From: a virus
Lineage: Duplodnaviria > Heunggongvirae > Uroviricota > Caudoviricetes
Virus record (IMG/VR): IMGVR_UViG_3300034196_000017
Coordinates: 1-13,421 of that record
DNA: 13,421 bases
Direction: 5' to 3' (one strand)
This document shows, one piece after another, positions 12,734-13,421 of this stretch (positions are counted from its first letter, which is position 1; every line of letters starts with the position of its first letter). Under the pieces are notes generated by a model, which ran no database searches, was not told the origin of the DNA, and was given only the letters and a program-made list of their open reading frames with translations. Both the position numbers and the translations under genes were made by a program.

Positions 12734-12978
12734 TAAAAATCACCACAGTCGTAATCATAATAGGGGTCATCATATGGATAATTATCATATGGATAATCGC
12801 CTTCATCATACCAATCGTCTCTGGCGTCATGATATTCAGGTAACTCTAGTTCTGACTGCCAGTCGTCTTTTTCGAATTCATCTAATTCGCGGCATTGTTC
12901 ATCAAATGACAATTCGTATTCAAGTGTATTGAACTCATCAAGTGCATTTTGGATTGTATTACGGTCTACCTTAGCCAT
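12733..12978 (-). CDS. highly acidic, Tyr-rich protein (81 aa from MAKVDRN)
   Basis: 28 D/E, 5 K/R and 10 Y; ATG 12978 follows GAGAA. Confidence 0.8.
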   Translation of the reverse strand: MAKVDRNTIQNALDEFNTLEYELSFDEQCRELDEFEKDDWQSELELPEYHDARDDWYDEGDYPYDNYPYDDPYYDYDCGDF

Positions 12979-13056
12979 TTTGTGATTCTCACAGTCTTGG
13001 GTTTCAGTTGATTTACTAAAGGCGTCCACCTATGTGACGCCTCTATAAACCTACTG

Positions 13057-13421
13057 TTATTCGTCGTCGCTTTCTTCTTCCTCATCTTCGTCTGTCAAAT
13101 CATATTCATCACCGTCGATAAATTCGATATCATCGGAATCTTCCCGGCTTAGTTGGTCCTCAAGTCCTGACTGTATTTCACTTTCATAGTCACCTTTACC
13201 GCAACGAAACGCAGTCGGGTCGATTGCTTCAAGTGTACTACCAGCGCCGTAGGTCATACCACACACTTGCACGTCACCGTAAATCTCATCTAGATAATCT
13301 GAGTATTCCGAATCGCTCAAGCTTACTTCCCCGTTGCGAATGTCGAAGCCACGGAAAGTAGAAACGTTGTCGGCATAATCTGCCATATCGGGCATCAGAG
13401 ATTGAATGATTGAATCAACTA
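13057..13421 (-). CDS. highly acidic protein, DNA-mimic candidate; probably 5'-truncated by the window edge
   Basis: 37 D/E and 5 K/R in the 112 aa from 13395; the frame stays open (VDSIIQSL) to the edge and no RBS precedes 13395. Confidence 0.8.
   Translation of the reverse strand, partial: VDSIIQSLMPDMADYADNVSTFRGFDIRNGEVSLSDSEYSDYLDEIYGDVQVCGMTYGAGSTLEAIDPTAFRCGKGDYESEIQSGLEDQLSREDSDDIEFIDGDEYDLTDEDEEEESDDE

Noticed and set aside
12769-12797. YPYD repeats resembling the HA epitope tag (possible engineered sequence)
   Set aside because: The sequence is YPYDNYPYDD, not YPYDVPDYA, and it fits a natural 15-nt tandem duplication.
6480-12932. Tracked + strand ORFs in the minus-strand region (6480, 6842, 7479, 7883, 7978, 9476, 9621, 12486) and alternate-frame - strand ORFs (7130..7336, 8013..8216)
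   Set aside because: Antisense or out-of-frame shadows of a fully tiled operon whose genes have RBSs.

Overview
This window looks like part of a lytic dsDNA bacteriophage genome, probably infecting a Gammaproteobacterium. It is densely packed with small hypothetical ORFs, and I found no tRNA, rRNA, CRISPR array or integrase. The layout is convergent. A + strand run of translationally coupled small ORFs (1-3953) includes a T5orf172/GIY-YIG-like protein and ends at back-to-back intrinsic terminators (3964-4024). An isolated - strand gene (4029-4463) follows. Next is a 1.16 kb non-coding block (4464-5623) containing a canonical G-quadruplex motif, about 14 perfect short inverted repeats, two Fur-box-like sites and a sigma70 promoter that points into the block. 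The rest (5624-13421) is a - strand early/host-takeover region with a family of repeated sigma70 promoters, three of them followed by a conserved 5' hairpin. That region encodes very acidic proteins, small membrane proteins, an HPD (J-domain-like) protein and a free-standing HNH homing endonuclease. The most striking signal is two matches to the bacterial chromosomal centromere parS (5607-5622 and 9194-9209). Each sits in the same context, between a stop codon and an intrinsic terminator, and there is no parA or parB in the window, which suggests the phage recruits or titrates host ParB. Product calls come from motif recognition only; no database searches were run.
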